DNA of 64,000 nt, from positions 1,917 to 65,916 of the forward strand of contig CAZFNI010000012.1 in NCBI GenBank assembly GCA_964520655.1. Reading direction: 5' to 3'. This DNA comes from an uncultured Planctomycetales bacterium. Its GTDB lineage: Bacteria > Omnitrophota > Gorgyraeia > Zapsychrales > Fredricksoniimonadaceae. A model generated the notes under the pieces. That model worked only from the letters and a program-made list of their open reading frames with translations, ran no database searches and was not told the DNA's origin. Both the position numbers and the translations under genes were made by a program. This document shows, piece after piece, positions 17,816-27,914 of the stretch (its first letter is position 1; each line of letters opens with the position of its first letter).

Positions 17816-19419
17816 CCCAGCACCCTCACCGCTTCTTGCGGTGATATTGCCCCTTGTTTGACCATCATTTTTAATTGCTCAAACATCGCCCCCTCTATAC
17901 CATTTTCCCTGACATGTATTTTTATACCGCGAATATCACCCTCCAATAACATGGAATCAACTGGATCACCGCATTCCAAAACGCTAGCCACTACTGTCCG
18001 CCCCTTATAACCGTCATTACATCCAGAACAACCACCAGCAACTGAAACATCCTCTAACTCTTCCACAAATTTAAACTCACTGCTTGTCCACACAACATCC
18101 TGGCAATGCAGTCTCTGCTTACACAAAGGGCAAAGCAGTCTAACCAAGCGCTGAGAAATAATCATGGATAACGTCGAGGCCATATAGGCATACGGAATAC
18201 CGAGATCATGTAATCGCAATACAGCGTCGAACACCTGATTGGCATGCAGCGTTGCAAAAACCTTATGACCTGTCATCGCCGCCCGGATGGCCTCTTGCGC
18301 GGTAAGATCATCCCTGATCTCCCCGATCAGCATGATATTAGGATCATGTCTTAAGAAAGCTCGAACAGCATTACTGAACGTGATCAGCCGTTTGTCATTA
18401 GTCTGTACCTGAGTCATCAGCGTGTGATGCATTTCAACGGGATCCTCAATAGTCACGATCTTGCGCTCAATGGATTTAATATAATTGAGCATGGCATAAA
18501 GCGTCGTTGTCTTGCCGCAACCAGTTGGCCCAACGATCAGCGCCATCCCTTCCGGTTTAGAAAGCATTGACTTGATCCTTTTCCATAAATAATTGGGGTA
18601 TCCAAGAGAGATCAAGTCGATCGAAGATTTATTTCTATCTAACAAACGCAGCACCAGGGAACTGCCATTGACACAGGGTATGTGCGACACCCTGACATCG
18701 ATATTTTCCCCCCTGTTTTGATATGTAAATCTCGCGTCATGTAGACTGCTAAAATCACTAATGGTCACATCAGCCCTGTGAAAAACAATATTAACCAGCC
18801 TCCGCTGGAGATCCGAACGTAATACCCCATACGCATGCAGAATCCCGTCGATGCGTAGTCTTACTTCTAACGCTTTTGCCGAAGCCTCAATATGAATATC
18901 CGTAGCACCTCGTTTAAGCGCATCCTGCATGCAATGCTCAAACCAGGACAAAACATTGTCTTCATTGACACCCCCCCTGCAAGATACCGAATTTTCGTCA
19001 GCTGAGACCTTATCAATAGCCCTGCACAATGGCTCTTCAGCAGCCAGCATAAAACACGCTTTCGTGTTTAACTTATCCTGAATGACATCAATTGCTCCTA
19101 AATTATCACTATACGCCATAACAAAAACTATCCCATCATCGGTCTTTGCCGGAAACACTTTATGCTTAACGATAAAATCTTTTCCTAACGATGTGACCAT
19201 TCCCTTATGCGCTTCAAAATTACCCTTATAAACACCCCAGCCTGCTTGCCTAGCTAATGCAGAGATCATCTGTTCCTCATTTATAAAATCATAATCGGTG
19301 AGCAGCTTTCCCAAACGTTGACGAACTCCATGGTTTTGCAGAGACAGACAAAAATCTAATGTTTTTTCATCTATGAGACCTTCCCTTAGCAAAATATTCC
19401 CTAACCGCTGCCCTTCCAT
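17812..19419 (-). CDS. GspE/PilB-family type II/IV secretion ATPase
   Basis: 535 aa. The N-terminus is a T2SSE_N-like domain (LGNILLREGLIDEKTLDFCLSLQ...). The Walker A is GPTGCGKTT, with Asp and His boxes present. The C-terminus carries a tetracysteine motif, CPLC...C...CSGC. Confidence 0.9.
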   Translation of the reverse strand: MEGQRLGNILLREGLIDEKTLDFCLSLQNHGVRQRLGKLLTDYDFINEEQMISALARQAGWGVYKGNFEAHKGMVTSLGKDFIVKHKVFPAKTDDGIVFVMAYSDNLGAIDVIQDKLNTKACFMLAAEEPLCRAIDKVSADENSVSCRGGVNEDNVLSWFEHCMQDALKRGATDIHIEASAKALEVRLRIDGILHAYGVLRSDLQRRLVNIVFHRADVTISDFSSLHDARFTYQNRGENIDVRVSHIPCVNGSSLVLRLLDRNKSSIDLISLGYPNYLWKRIKSMLSKPEGMALIVGPTGCGKTTTLYAMLNYIKSIERKIVTIEDPVEMHHTLMTQVQTNDKRLITFSNAVRAFLRHDPNIMLIGEIRDDLTAQEAIRAAMTGHKVFATLHANQVFDAVLRLHDLGIPYAYMASTLSMIISQRLVRLLCPLCKQRLHCQDVVWTSSEFKFVEELEDVSVAGGCSGCNDGYKGRTVVASVLECGDPVDSMLLEGDIRGIKIHVRENGIEGAMFEQLKMMVKQGAISPQEAVRVLG

Positions 19420-19420
19420 C

Positions 19421-19951
19421 TTAACCCCCGATCAAAATAACCTTCTCTTTGCCATCTTTTGTTCTGAGCACCGCCTTATCATCATCGATCCTCACTACGG
19501 TCACGTCACCACGAAGCATCTGGCCCGCTTTTGCTGACACTCTTACACTGTGATCCAACAGCAATCCTAGACGTTCATTCCCAATACGAACAATACCTTG
19601 CAGCTTGATAGGAAAATTTTCCGTATCCTGCTCTTTTTTCTCATTCAACATGGACGTAAAATTATCCTCCTGATCTAATTTTTTGATCCTGGAACGCAGA
19701 TCAGCGCGCTGTAGATCAAGATTTAAGAGTTTTATTTCCCGCATCCGCTTGTTTTCCTGATCAATAAAATCGTCTACATCCTGACGATCTGAGCGCACCG
19801 ATCCTTTTGAGACCATCTGGTCCACCATAGACACTTCCTGTGCATACACATTGCTAAACTCAAGAACAAATACCAGCAAACAAACTAATATACTAAGCCC
19901 CATACACACCCCCATTGATCTGCAGCATGTTATCTTTGAACGCCACGTCAT
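19421..19951 (-). CDS. PilP/GspC-like periplasmic pilus-assembly protein (N-terminal TM, coiled coil, C-terminal beta domain)
   Basis: 176 aa. There is one N-terminal TM segment. The C-terminal segment LQGIVRIGNERLGLLLDHSVRVSAKAGQMLRGDVTVVRIDDDKAVLR resembles the PilP/HR domain. The assignment is by architecture only. Confidence 0.35.
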   Translation of the reverse strand: MTWRSKITCCRSMGVCMGLSILVCLLVFVLEFSNVYAQEVSMVDQMVSKGSVRSDRQDVDDFIDQENKRMREIKLLNLDLQRADLRSRIKKLDQEDNFTSMLNEKKEQDTENFPIKLQGIVRIGNERLGLLLDHSVRVSAKAGQMLRGDVTVVRIDDDKAVLRTKDGKEKVILIGG

Positions 19952-20396
19952 TCTCTATGATCGGGAACTGCTGCTGCCATATTTTATAGTGCCTCAAGAT
20001 ACGAAATATCTCCTCAGGATCCTGAATTTTGAAGAATGAGATCCTGAAAGCAAACCGCTTGATCCCTTCAAAGACCATTGAAGTGTTTTTTATATCAAAA
20101 TCACTATTGGAGATTATCTCGACCTTCATGTTATACCCATAGGTATCCGCATCATGGGTAATTCGAGCAAGGAACCTTGAATAATATTGATCGACTCTTG
20201 ATAAAATTATATCTTCCCTGGATTGAAGAATATCCAATGTTCGTTGTGCATGCAAAATTCTCTCCTTACTCCCCATAATTAGATTTTGTAAATGAAAGCA
20301 TTCTTTTAATATTGGGTAACATGCAAACACAACAATTAGTCCAATCAATAAGCTGCTGATCAAAGTCTTTTTCATCACATCACCTATTCTTTCCAA
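19893..20396 (-). CDS. PilO-like bitopic pilus-assembly protein
   Basis: 167 aa. It has a single N-terminal TM segment (LISSLLIGLIVVFACYPI) followed by a periplasmic domain. The assignment rests on position and architecture only. Confidence 0.3.
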   Translation of the reverse strand: MERIGDVMKKTLISSLLIGLIVVFACYPILKECFHLQNLIMGSKERILHAQRTLDILQSREDIILSRVDQYYSRFLARITHDADTYGYNMKVEIISNSDFDIKNTSMVFEGIKRFAFRISFFKIQDPEEIFRILRHYKIWQQQFPIIENDVAFKDNMLQINGGVYGA

Positions 20397-21538
20397 GATA
20401 ATTCGATCTTTGTCCCCATCTGTTCATTGAAACGTTCTGACGAAATGTTGGCTTTAGACCATTTCCCCTCTCTTATAAATTCCTCCCCTAGGTTCACACT
20501 GCCTGGAACTATTACTGCGTTCATCCAAAAATTACCTCGTTCCTTCTGAGCCACCATAAATTCTTTGATCAAATATCCCTTGGGGACATGAAGATAAAAA
20601 TCCCAGAAAATATCGTCCCACTGAGAATTCTTTAATGAATCCAAATAATCTACAAACTTATTCTTGTATGTGTTCTCCAGCTCACGATTCAATACGCTGA
20701 CTTGCTCCTGGGCATGAACATATTCCTCCTTTAAACGTTTTTCTTTTATCCAGAAAAGACCAACTATTATCCCGCCCAAAATAACACTACCCATGAACAT
20801 GCATCCCTGGAATATCCAATTAAGGCGCATTTGTTTTCTTTTTCTTTGTGCAAGTTCATTTGGAAGAACATAATTATTCGTAAACTTAGCAACCTTTAAT
20901 CCGTCCAATGCAGGATTAACTTCACCAATATCTAGCACTTCTTCGTGTCTTGCCAGTTTTAAATCCACACATGCAGAAAGCCAATCCCTATTATTGCTAA
21001 CAATCACATATGATGATCTCTCCTCTTGATCTTGAGAAAAGATCAACCATGAACGTTTAATCTCCTCGATCATATATTCCCTATCCCGCACAATGATCTG
21101 CCGTGATTCCGAGAAAATCGCACTCCTAAAGATCGTAACCACCATTTTTGATCCCAATGCATCAATAACGATCACAGCTCTATTGTCATTAAGGAATCCT
21201 TTATGTCTTAAATATGCCCGAACGGCCACTGGATATGGAACCAGAACGACAACAGCAGCAGGACTAAAAAATTTGTAAATCTCCTCAATAGCCGCCTGTG
21301 GAACACTCAGCCTTAACGCCTCACGCGCCGTGATCTGTTCCTCAATGAACATTACTTGTGCGTCAACAACCTGCCTTTCTTCATTCTCCTTTTGGACGCG
21401 TTGTACAGAAACACCTAAACATGCCACAAATACTTCTTTTATATGGTTCTTATATTTCCGTGTAAATTCATCTTTGGGAAGTGTTTCAACTCCCTGACCT
21501 GTCCCTACTAACAATAATTCATCAAATATAATTCTCAT
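20384..21538 (-). CDS. PilM/PilN-like fusion (cytoplasmic domain + TM + periplasmic coiled coil). It resembles R64 PilO in size and position.
   Basis: 384 aa. About 240 aa are cytoplasmic. One TM segment (WIFQGCMFMGSVILGGIIVGLFWI) follows, then a coiled-coil periplasmic tail. It sits between the secretin and the PilO/PilP-like genes. Confidence 0.35.
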   Translation of the reverse strand: MRIIFDELLLVGTGQGVETLPKDEFTRKYKNHIKEVFVACLGVSVQRVQKENEERQVVDAQVMFIEEQITAREALRLSVPQAAIEEIYKFFSPAAVVVLVPYPVAVRAYLRHKGFLNDNRAVIVIDALGSKMVVTIFRSAIFSESRQIIVRDREYMIEEIKRSWLIFSQDQEERSSYVIVSNNRDWLSACVDLKLARHEEVLDIGEVNPALDGLKVAKFTNNYVLPNELAQRKRKQMRLNWIFQGCMFMGSVILGGIIVGLFWIKEKRLKEEYVHAQEQVSVLNRELENTYKNKFVDYLDSLKNSQWDDIFWDFYLHVPKGYLIKEFMVAQKERGNFWMNAVIVPGSVNLGEEFIREGKWSKANISSERFNEQMGTKIELSWKE

Positions 21539-21539
21539 T

Positions 21540-23060
21540 TCATCCTTTTCGCGGCGTTATAAAAATGATCAGCTCTGTTTTATTGTCCCGACGCACTTCA
21601 TATTCAAATAACCTTCCCAAGAACGGAACTTTAGAGAGCAGTGGCACATTCTGTTTGGAATGCTCTTTAGCTGATGTGATAAGCCCACCGATCGCTACAG
21701 TTTGCCCCTCTTTTAACTTAACCATGGTATTAAGTGATTTTGTTGTTGTTTGGGGAGCTTCTATCAGACTATTACCCGAGACAATGGTTCGAATATTATC
21801 AATGCTTGTCACAACAGGGGTCACTGACAGAAAAATATCATCACCTGCGATATTTGCCAGTAGTCGCATTGTTACCCCTTCCTGAACTTGGGAGGTTGAT
21901 ACGGAAGTGACAGAACCTGTCTGAGTTGTTTCTATCGTTGACCGATCCACATAACTTTGGGTTGAACCAACCTGAATAACTGCAACCTGATTATTTAAGA
22001 TCTTCACCCTTGGCTGAGACACCACTTCCACTTCCCCCTGCTTAGATAACGCATCGATTGCCATTTTAAAACCATTTGACGATAGACCTGATCCCTCTTT
22101 GCCCCCATCCATATTAAATCTGAGGAAATTTCCACTGCTAAAATTGTTTGAGGCAAAATTGCTGACGAGAGCAATACTATTTAATGTTTTCAGATCACCT
22201 GCCAGTACATTCCAATCAATACCAAAACGATTGTCATCATTTAATCTCACTTCCACAACCTTCACATCCACCTCAATCTGGATAGAGACACGGGCATTTA
22301 GATCCTCAAAATACCTCCTTAATCTCTCTAATTTCACGGGCGTATCCGTTACAACAACCATCCCCGCTGGTTTATTAAGTGATATTTTGGCTGAATCAGA
22401 AGTGAGACCTTTCACATTGGCCAGAACATCATCCCAAAACGAAAGCCCAGCGTTCTGGCTGCTGACAACGATCTTTGTCCCTAGCTTCACCTGCTGATTC
22501 TGACTAGAACCATTCTGATTCTCCCCTGACCGCACAAAAGACTCGTTGCTGGTTGTATCATCAAAACTCTGAACGATCGGCGGTATTAACACCCTAAAAA
22601 TCTGTGTCTGTTCCGCTAAAACAGTCATTTGCCTATCTTCAATCTTGTATCCATATCCCAAAGAATAAAGAATTGTATTAAATACACTGGCGATCGTCAT
22701 ATTTTGCGCATCAATATTGGTCTTTTTGTCCTCAACACCTGGCCCCAACAACACATTAATACCAATAGATTGTGCTAGAGGTTTTAATACACTTGTTAAA
22801 GTCACATCATGGGCATTTATAGATACAACCTTCATCCATTCGTTATTTTCTGTATCAGATATAATTGAAACATCTTTTGAAAAACCATCATCGATCAATA
22901 GCGCAGGTTTCTGCGTGTGGGCCGTTTGCTTGCGCCATTCCTCATTGATTATTTCTACCCTTGCCTTGGTACTCAACGGTTCCGGAAGCCCCCAGATGAT
23001 TCGGCACACTGGTAATGTCAGCAACAGTGTTAAAATCATGATCTTCTGAATTTGGTACAT
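21540..23060 (-). CDS. Secretin (PilQ/GspD/PilN-R64 family outer-membrane channel)
   Basis: 506 aa with a signal peptide. The C-terminus has the canonical secretin domain: SQPRVKILNNQVAVIQVG...GVTMRLLANI...VTPVV...TMVKLKEGQTVAIGGLI...NVPLLSKVPFLGRLFEYEVRRDNKTELIIFITPR. Confidence 0.8.
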   Translation of the reverse strand: MYQIQKIMILTLLLTLPVCRIIWGLPEPLSTKARVEIINEEWRKQTAHTQKPALLIDDGFSKDVSIISDTENNEWMKVVSINAHDVTLTSVLKPLAQSIGINVLLGPGVEDKKTNIDAQNMTIASVFNTILYSLGYGYKIEDRQMTVLAEQTQIFRVLIPPIVQSFDDTTSNESFVRSGENQNGSSQNQQVKLGTKIVVSSQNAGLSFWDDVLANVKGLTSDSAKISLNKPAGMVVVTDTPVKLERLRRYFEDLNARVSIQIEVDVKVVEVRLNDDNRFGIDWNVLAGDLKTLNSIALVSNFASNNFSSGNFLRFNMDGGKEGSGLSSNGFKMAIDALSKQGEVEVVSQPRVKILNNQVAVIQVGSTQSYVDRSTIETTQTGSVTSVSTSQVQEGVTMRLLANIAGDDIFLSVTPVVTSIDNIRTIVSGNSLIEAPQTTTKSLNTMVKLKEGQTVAIGGLITSAKEHSKQNVPLLSKVPFLGRLFEYEVRRDNKTELIIFITPRKG

Positions 23061-23400
23061 ATTTCTCCTTTTGTTGGATTACAAAATCCTCAGATTCTTT
23101 GATCCATTCTCCTGGCTTGATCATGACCAGTTCTTTATGTTCTGGAATAAATGCCCCCTGATCAATATGCCCAGGAATACTGATCTCTTGAACGAGAGGA
23201 GCACTCCAATGATAATCTGGCATAACCTTATAATGACCTTCCTCAAGTATCTGTGATACTTGCTGTTTTACAGCATGTTGATAACTCTTAACATTCATAC
23301 TCTGTTCTGAGAATCTTGCTGTAGCACATCCCGCAAACATCAAAATGAATATCCCCCAGAAATTATTGCAGCCCATATGGATACTCCTTGGCACATACAT
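22942..23400 (-). CDS. Small lipoprotein (PilL-like position, immediately upstream of the secretin)
   Basis: 152 aa. It has a probable lipobox, ILMFAGC. Its 3' end overlaps the secretin start by ~100 nt, so either boundary may be different. Confidence 0.4.
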   Translation of the reverse strand: MYVPRSIHMGCNNFWGIFILMFAGCATARFSEQSMNVKSYQHAVKQQVSQILEEGHYKVMPDYHWSAPLVQEISIPGHIDQGAFIPEHKELVMIKPGEWIKESEDFVIQQKEKYVPNSEDHDFNTVADITSVPNHLGASGTVEYQGKGRNNQ

Positions 23401-25819
23401 TTATGGCCTCAATAAGATCACCGTTCAAAGATTCCACCTTCTGCCACAAATAATCATTATTCCTTGGTTCTGAATTAGCTACCCAATACAAGAATGGATC
23501 AGGAACAAGACGAATGACGCCAGTAGAATTCTCCGACATCACTAAACACTCAGAATATTGGCCTTTAATTGTTTTAATGGATTTAAGTAATTGGATTTTT
23601 TCATCATCGAACGACAATGTCTCTTTAAGCAAATCAATAACTGCTGGATCTTGTTTGAGAAAGATCTTATTGGCCGCATTCGCAATGATCGCCATCCCGC
23701 TTTCTACTCGTGTTAGATCAGCAATCTCCTGTGTTATCGCTATGGTTGAGCAGCGGTATTTTCGGAATGTTTTAAAAGCATTGGTGATAAAATCCGACGT
23801 GTTCTTGACTTTTAATAATGACCACGCCTCATCTATCAATAAATATTTTCGTTTGATCCTCATTGAATCACTGGACACAAAATTTGTCATAAAGAACATT
23901 AGATTCAATAAAACGGCTAACTGCAAATCAGGATATGAACTCAAATTGGCCAATTCAAATACCACAAAACGGGTATTTATCGTGAATTGATTTGGACCGT
24001 CAAAAAATCGGCCATACGGCCCCTTGTTTGTAAACGGGGTCAATCGCAATGCCAGTGTCGGCCCCATCAATGAATTTATACCGCAGCGTTCATTAAAATA
24101 ACTGTCATTAAGAACATTCGTTACATCACTTAAGAACACCTCTGATTTCTCCTTATTATTCTTATAGGCCGTCATAATTGCTTGCTGCAATAACCCTTCC
24201 TCTTCCCGGCTCAAACGGTATCGGTCATCACCACCGCTGGCCATTTGCGATAGCAACGATAAAAGGAAAGATATATTATCTGGCGTGGGTTCATGAGCAA
24301 ATGGGTTGATTGTGACAGGATCGTTCAAATAAAGACTAATGTATTGGCCATTTAAAACCTGGCAAAGCTTCTTATAAGAATCACCCTTATCCAAAACAAA
24401 AAAATGACTGCCTAAACGATCTGCCTGAAGTATAAAATCATTGATAAAAAAACTTTTTCCGGATCCAGATGCTCCAACAACAATTCCGTGCGGGTTAATA
24501 TTCGAATCAAACATATCAAAGAAAACAACTTCATCCCTGCGGTTAGAATACATTTGTGCCGGAGTTGATGTTCCTTGAAATGCACCGAAGATCGGAAGCA
24601 TATCTGCGACATTAATTGACAACAATCTCCTGGATCTTCTAATAAAATTCTCATAATAGGGATCAAAATTAAGCGGCAAACACGTCAGGAATAATGATGC
24701 CCCTATCAGGTCCTCCTTTATCCCGCCGCATTGATATCGGTTTAGACCATTAATGATCTGATCACCAAGATTTTCAACCTCCTCTGCACTTTCCCCAAAT
24801 ACAACCCAATGGAACCTGGCGTTAATTATCTTTTGTCCTCCCTGATACATAGCCCTAACAACTTCATCCAGTTCCTCCTTTTTCGCAACCTCCTCAACCG
24901 ACTTGTCTCCCAACCAATTCTCCTTATGCATGAATGCAAAGTCCTTCTGGATCTTGATCCGCCTTAAAGCATCTTGAGGATCGGCTGACGTCATATTCAC
25001 CACAAAAAGCATAGACTTGGCCTGGTCAAGCAAACTGAATGGTTGAGCCCCTTGAAATTCCTTAGTAAACATGCCGATCGTTGTATGGGCAGGCATTTCT
25101 TTTAAGCTCACAACCCTCATGTATTGGCCCTCGAAATTAAAACCCTTACCACTTGCTTGCGGTGAATTAAAAAGAACCTGGTCTCTTATATTCAGATTAT
25201 TTTCCAGCCTGACATCTGGCACGCTCATGGAACGTTTGGGATTCATTAATTGATATAATAATTGTGTTAGCTCCTGCTCTAAGACAGGCTTAACAGATAC
25301 GCCGGAAGTCTTGAGTAGCCCTCCCAAAAGAGAAGTATGTTGCTCAAATACCTTTTTATGCTCACACAACTCATTTTCAATCCCTTGTGAATGCTTTTTC
25401 CACACAGGGAAGAATCTGATCGTGATATACACATCAATTGCTCTCGTAAAACAGCGCTTCCCATTGTTTTTCTGACGTTTGGTTGCATAAAAAGATGTTG
25501 TCGTTACACCTTGAGCATTCTCTTGGAATTGATCATATTGATCATTCTTGTCCTTACTATTAACATTGACATTCATGATCATTTGACAGGCTAAACGGTC
25601 ATGCGGGAGCCTGGTCAAAACAGTCTGCCAATGCTGCACCAGAATATTCATATCCCTTTGTGTTCTTCCTTCTGAATCAACAAGATTTATCTTCCAAACT
25701 TTTCCCATACTCCCATCAGATAATAAACAAACGTCATCGCAAAACTCAACATACGGCAAAAGATCGACAAAACTCATGCCTTCAGAGAACAATGCCTCTA
25801 TATTCTTGTAACGCAACAC
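23363..25819 (-). CDS. traC: TraC/VirB4-family T4SS ATPase
   Basis: 818 aa. The Walker A is GIVVGASGSGKSFFIND. The Walker B / 'DEAW' motif is RKYLLIDEAWSLL. The size and domain order are VirB4-like. Confidence 0.8.
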   Translation of the reverse strand: MLRYKNIEALFSEGMSFVDLLPYVEFCDDVCLLSDGSMGKVWKINLVDSEGRTQRDMNILVQHWQTVLTRLPHDRLACQMIMNVNVNSKDKNDQYDQFQENAQGVTTTSFYATKRQKNNGKRCFTRAIDVYITIRFFPVWKKHSQGIENELCEHKKVFEQHTSLLGGLLKTSGVSVKPVLEQELTQLLYQLMNPKRSMSVPDVRLENNLNIRDQVLFNSPQASGKGFNFEGQYMRVVSLKEMPAHTTIGMFTKEFQGAQPFSLLDQAKSMLFVVNMTSADPQDALRRIKIQKDFAFMHKENWLGDKSVEEVAKKEELDEVVRAMYQGGQKIINARFHWVVFGESAEEVENLGDQIINGLNRYQCGGIKEDLIGASLFLTCLPLNFDPYYENFIRRSRRLLSINVADMLPIFGAFQGTSTPAQMYSNRRDEVVFFDMFDSNINPHGIVVGASGSGKSFFINDFILQADRLGSHFFVLDKGDSYKKLCQVLNGQYISLYLNDPVTINPFAHEPTPDNISFLLSLLSQMASGGDDRYRLSREEEGLLQQAIMTAYKNNKEKSEVFLSDVTNVLNDSYFNERCGINSLMGPTLALRLTPFTNKGPYGRFFDGPNQFTINTRFVVFELANLSSYPDLQLAVLLNLMFFMTNFVSSDSMRIKRKYLLIDEAWSLLKVKNTSDFITNAFKTFRKYRCSTIAITQEIADLTRVESGMAIIANAANKIFLKQDPAVIDLLKETLSFDDEKIQLLKSIKTIKGQYSECLVMSENSTGVIRLVPDPFLYWVANSEPRNNDYLWQKVESLNGDLIEAINVCAKEYPYGLQ

Positions 25820-26226
25820 TATTTAATCTCCTCTTCTACTTCTTCTTTTTTGGGGATAACGACCGAAGAGCTTGACCTTTGCACTTCTTGATCATCGAAC
25901 CACCTTGGCCCCTGGACCATCACATAGACCCAATGTCCAGATACTAAAACGCCTGTATCATCAACAGAACGGTGATTGGGAACCCAAACTTTCTTTACTA
26001 CAGGGGGTTTGATAACAGGAACATAAGGTTTCACATACCCAAACACTTTTTGCTCCCTAAAACGCTCTGCCACAAATTTTTCTACATCTTCCTTAGCTTC
26101 TCGCATGCTATGATGATACATATCTTCCATAGGCACTCTGCTGTTAGAACTCTGCCTGATCTGCCGATGCCCGCAGCCATTAATTAAGAACATCAATGTG
26201 ATTAACATCACGACGTAATAGACCAT
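25819..26226 (-). CDS. TraV-like (VirB7-like) outer-membrane lipoprotein
   Basis: 135 aa. It has a lipobox, LINGC. It is small and Pro/Val-rich, and lies between the TraB and TraC homologues as in F-like tra operons. Confidence 0.35.
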   Translation of the reverse strand: MVYYVVMLITLMFLINGCGHRQIRQSSNSRVPMEDMYHHSMREAKEDVEKFVAERFREQKVFGYVKPYVPVIKPPVVKKVWVPNHRSVDDTGVLVSGHWVYVMVQGPRWFDDQEVQRSSSSVVIPKKEEVEEEIK

Positions 26227-27337
26227 CGATCATCACTCCTTTTTGAACGACGAAATTAATACTAGTGCCACTGGGCACATGCACAGCAGGTATGATATTT
26301 TGCGTTTGTTTATCGTAATACTGCGACAACTCAGCGGCGCTTTTGGAAAGTCCGGAAAACATGGCGTATTTACCAGCATCCCCCGTGACATTACGTTCAA
26401 CATTACCAAATCGTCCAGATACAGATGTCTGCTCGCTATCAGCCAACGCAGATGACCCTCCAGCCATAAATCCGCCCATAAAAGCCAGTGCCAAAGCTTT
26501 TCCTGTACTGTGCACCAACTGTCCATGTATCCCTAACTCTCCATGACGGTCCGTTACATAACCAATCTCCTGTTCTTTCTCAAAAACCTTACCGTCAGGT
26601 TGAACATAAGAAATCGCAATGATCTGGATTAAGGCACGTTGAGAATTGATGTCCCCTATAGCCTTCCCCAAAGCAAATGCACCCTTTAACGGTATACGCG
26701 CATTGTTGGGCCCGTAAAATGCCTCATCAAGCGTGATCAATACTGGTAATGGACTATTGACATCAACTGACGCATATACTCCTGTTAACAATGTACCTTT
26801 ACAGAAAGAACCGATCGGTAAATACACATCATACTTTTTATTAATAACCCCTCTTACCGGAGCAATCTTCAATTCATAAGATGATTCTTTTGAAATATCA
26901 GAAGAAATTGAAAGCTTACCCAGATCTTCTTTAATTGTTGACAATGTGCCACTGATGTTGAGCTGTTCTTTTTTGTATTGCTCATCTGCCTGTTTTATAC
27001 CTTTGATCTGTTCCTCCATCTCTTTTATCCTGTCTTCAAAATCATAATAATTCTTTTGGAGGCCTTTCATAACTTCCAAACGTTCTGTGTCTCCAACTTT
27101 GACACCTTCATCATCAATGCGCAGTTGCGTACCCTGCTGTTTCGACTTTTCTAAAGAATGTTCATCGCTAGACCATATATAAGATCCAACAACCACTATC
27201 AACAAGACCACACCATAAATGATTAGCGGATTCTTATGCTGAATCGACTTGAGTATTTCAAATAGTTCGTTCATTTGCCTGTATGATAAATATTGTTGTG
27301 TGATCTCTTGCTTGACCCTCTGGCGCAAGGACATCAT
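26180..27337 (-). CDS. traB: TraB/VirB10-family T4SS protein
   Basis: 385 aa. The order is N-terminal TM, coiled coil, then a C-terminal beta-barrel domain. VirB10-like motifs are present: GTLLTGVYASVDVNSPLPV, IPLKGAFALGKA and IPAVHVPSGTSINFVV. Confidence 0.65.
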   Translation of the reverse strand: MMSLRQRVKQEITQQYLSYRQMNELFEILKSIQHKNPLIIYGVVLLIVVVGSYIWSSDEHSLEKSKQQGTQLRIDDEGVKVGDTERLEVMKGLQKNYYDFEDRIKEMEEQIKGIKQADEQYKKEQLNISGTLSTIKEDLGKLSISSDISKESSYELKIAPVRGVINKKYDVYLPIGSFCKGTLLTGVYASVDVNSPLPVLITLDEAFYGPNNARIPLKGAFALGKAIGDINSQRALIQIIAISYVQPDGKVFEKEQEIGYVTDRHGELGIHGQLVHSTGKALALAFMGGFMAGGSSALADSEQTSVSGRFGNVERNVTGDAGKYAMFSGLSKSAAELSQYYDKQTQNIIPAVHVPSGTSINFVVQKGVMIDGLLRRDVNHIDVLN

Positions 27338-27914
27338 CCAAGGATGCAGCGGCTATGATATTCTCAAGACTTAATTGATCTAGAGGGACATTGACCCTAC
27401 GATCAGATTTATTCCTTGCCGTTATGCCATACACCCTAAATTGAGGAAAATCATACGCCAACTCAAAATCTAAAGTAATGTGTGAGTTTTCAAGTACTAT
27501 TTGGCGCTGAACCTTGATCTTTACTGCCCCGGCTGGCTCATTTCCCTGCAGCAAAATTTTCATGATATCGATTGCACTAATCCCGCTCTGATATTTACTA
27601 GAGTTCACACTATTGCCATTGACAACCACATTAAGATCATGCTGTGTAGAAACCTTTAAATTGATCGGATAAGATTTTCCTGATACTCCTTTAACAAAGA
27701 CGTCTGAGGGCGCTTCCGTTTTAGGCAAAATAAAAAGGGAATTATCCATGGCCTCAACTAGTAGGGAATCACTCGCCCCTCCCTTGATTACTTGGGCAAT
27801 ATTCTCTGGAAATGAGACCTCCGAAACTTTACCAACTTCTACATGAACACTTGTTACTTCTTCAGCAAATACTGTAGTAGCCAACATTAAAATAGCGATA
27901 AGGAGTGCATTCAT
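27258..27914 (-). CDS. TraK-like (VirB9-like) periplasmic/OM core protein
   Basis: 218 aa with a signal peptide and a predicted beta-rich fold. It is positioned between the TraE and TraB homologues. Confidence 0.4.
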   Translation of the reverse strand: MNALLIAILMLATTVFAEEVTSVHVEVGKVSEVSFPENIAQVIKGGASDSLLVEAMDNSLFILPKTEAPSDVFVKGVSGKSYPINLKVSTQHDLNVVVNGNSVNSSKYQSGISAIDIMKILLQGNEPAGAVKIKVQRQIVLENSHITLDFELAYDFPQFRVYGITARNKSDRRVNVPLDQLSLENIIAAASLDDVLAPEGQARDHTTIFIIQANERTI

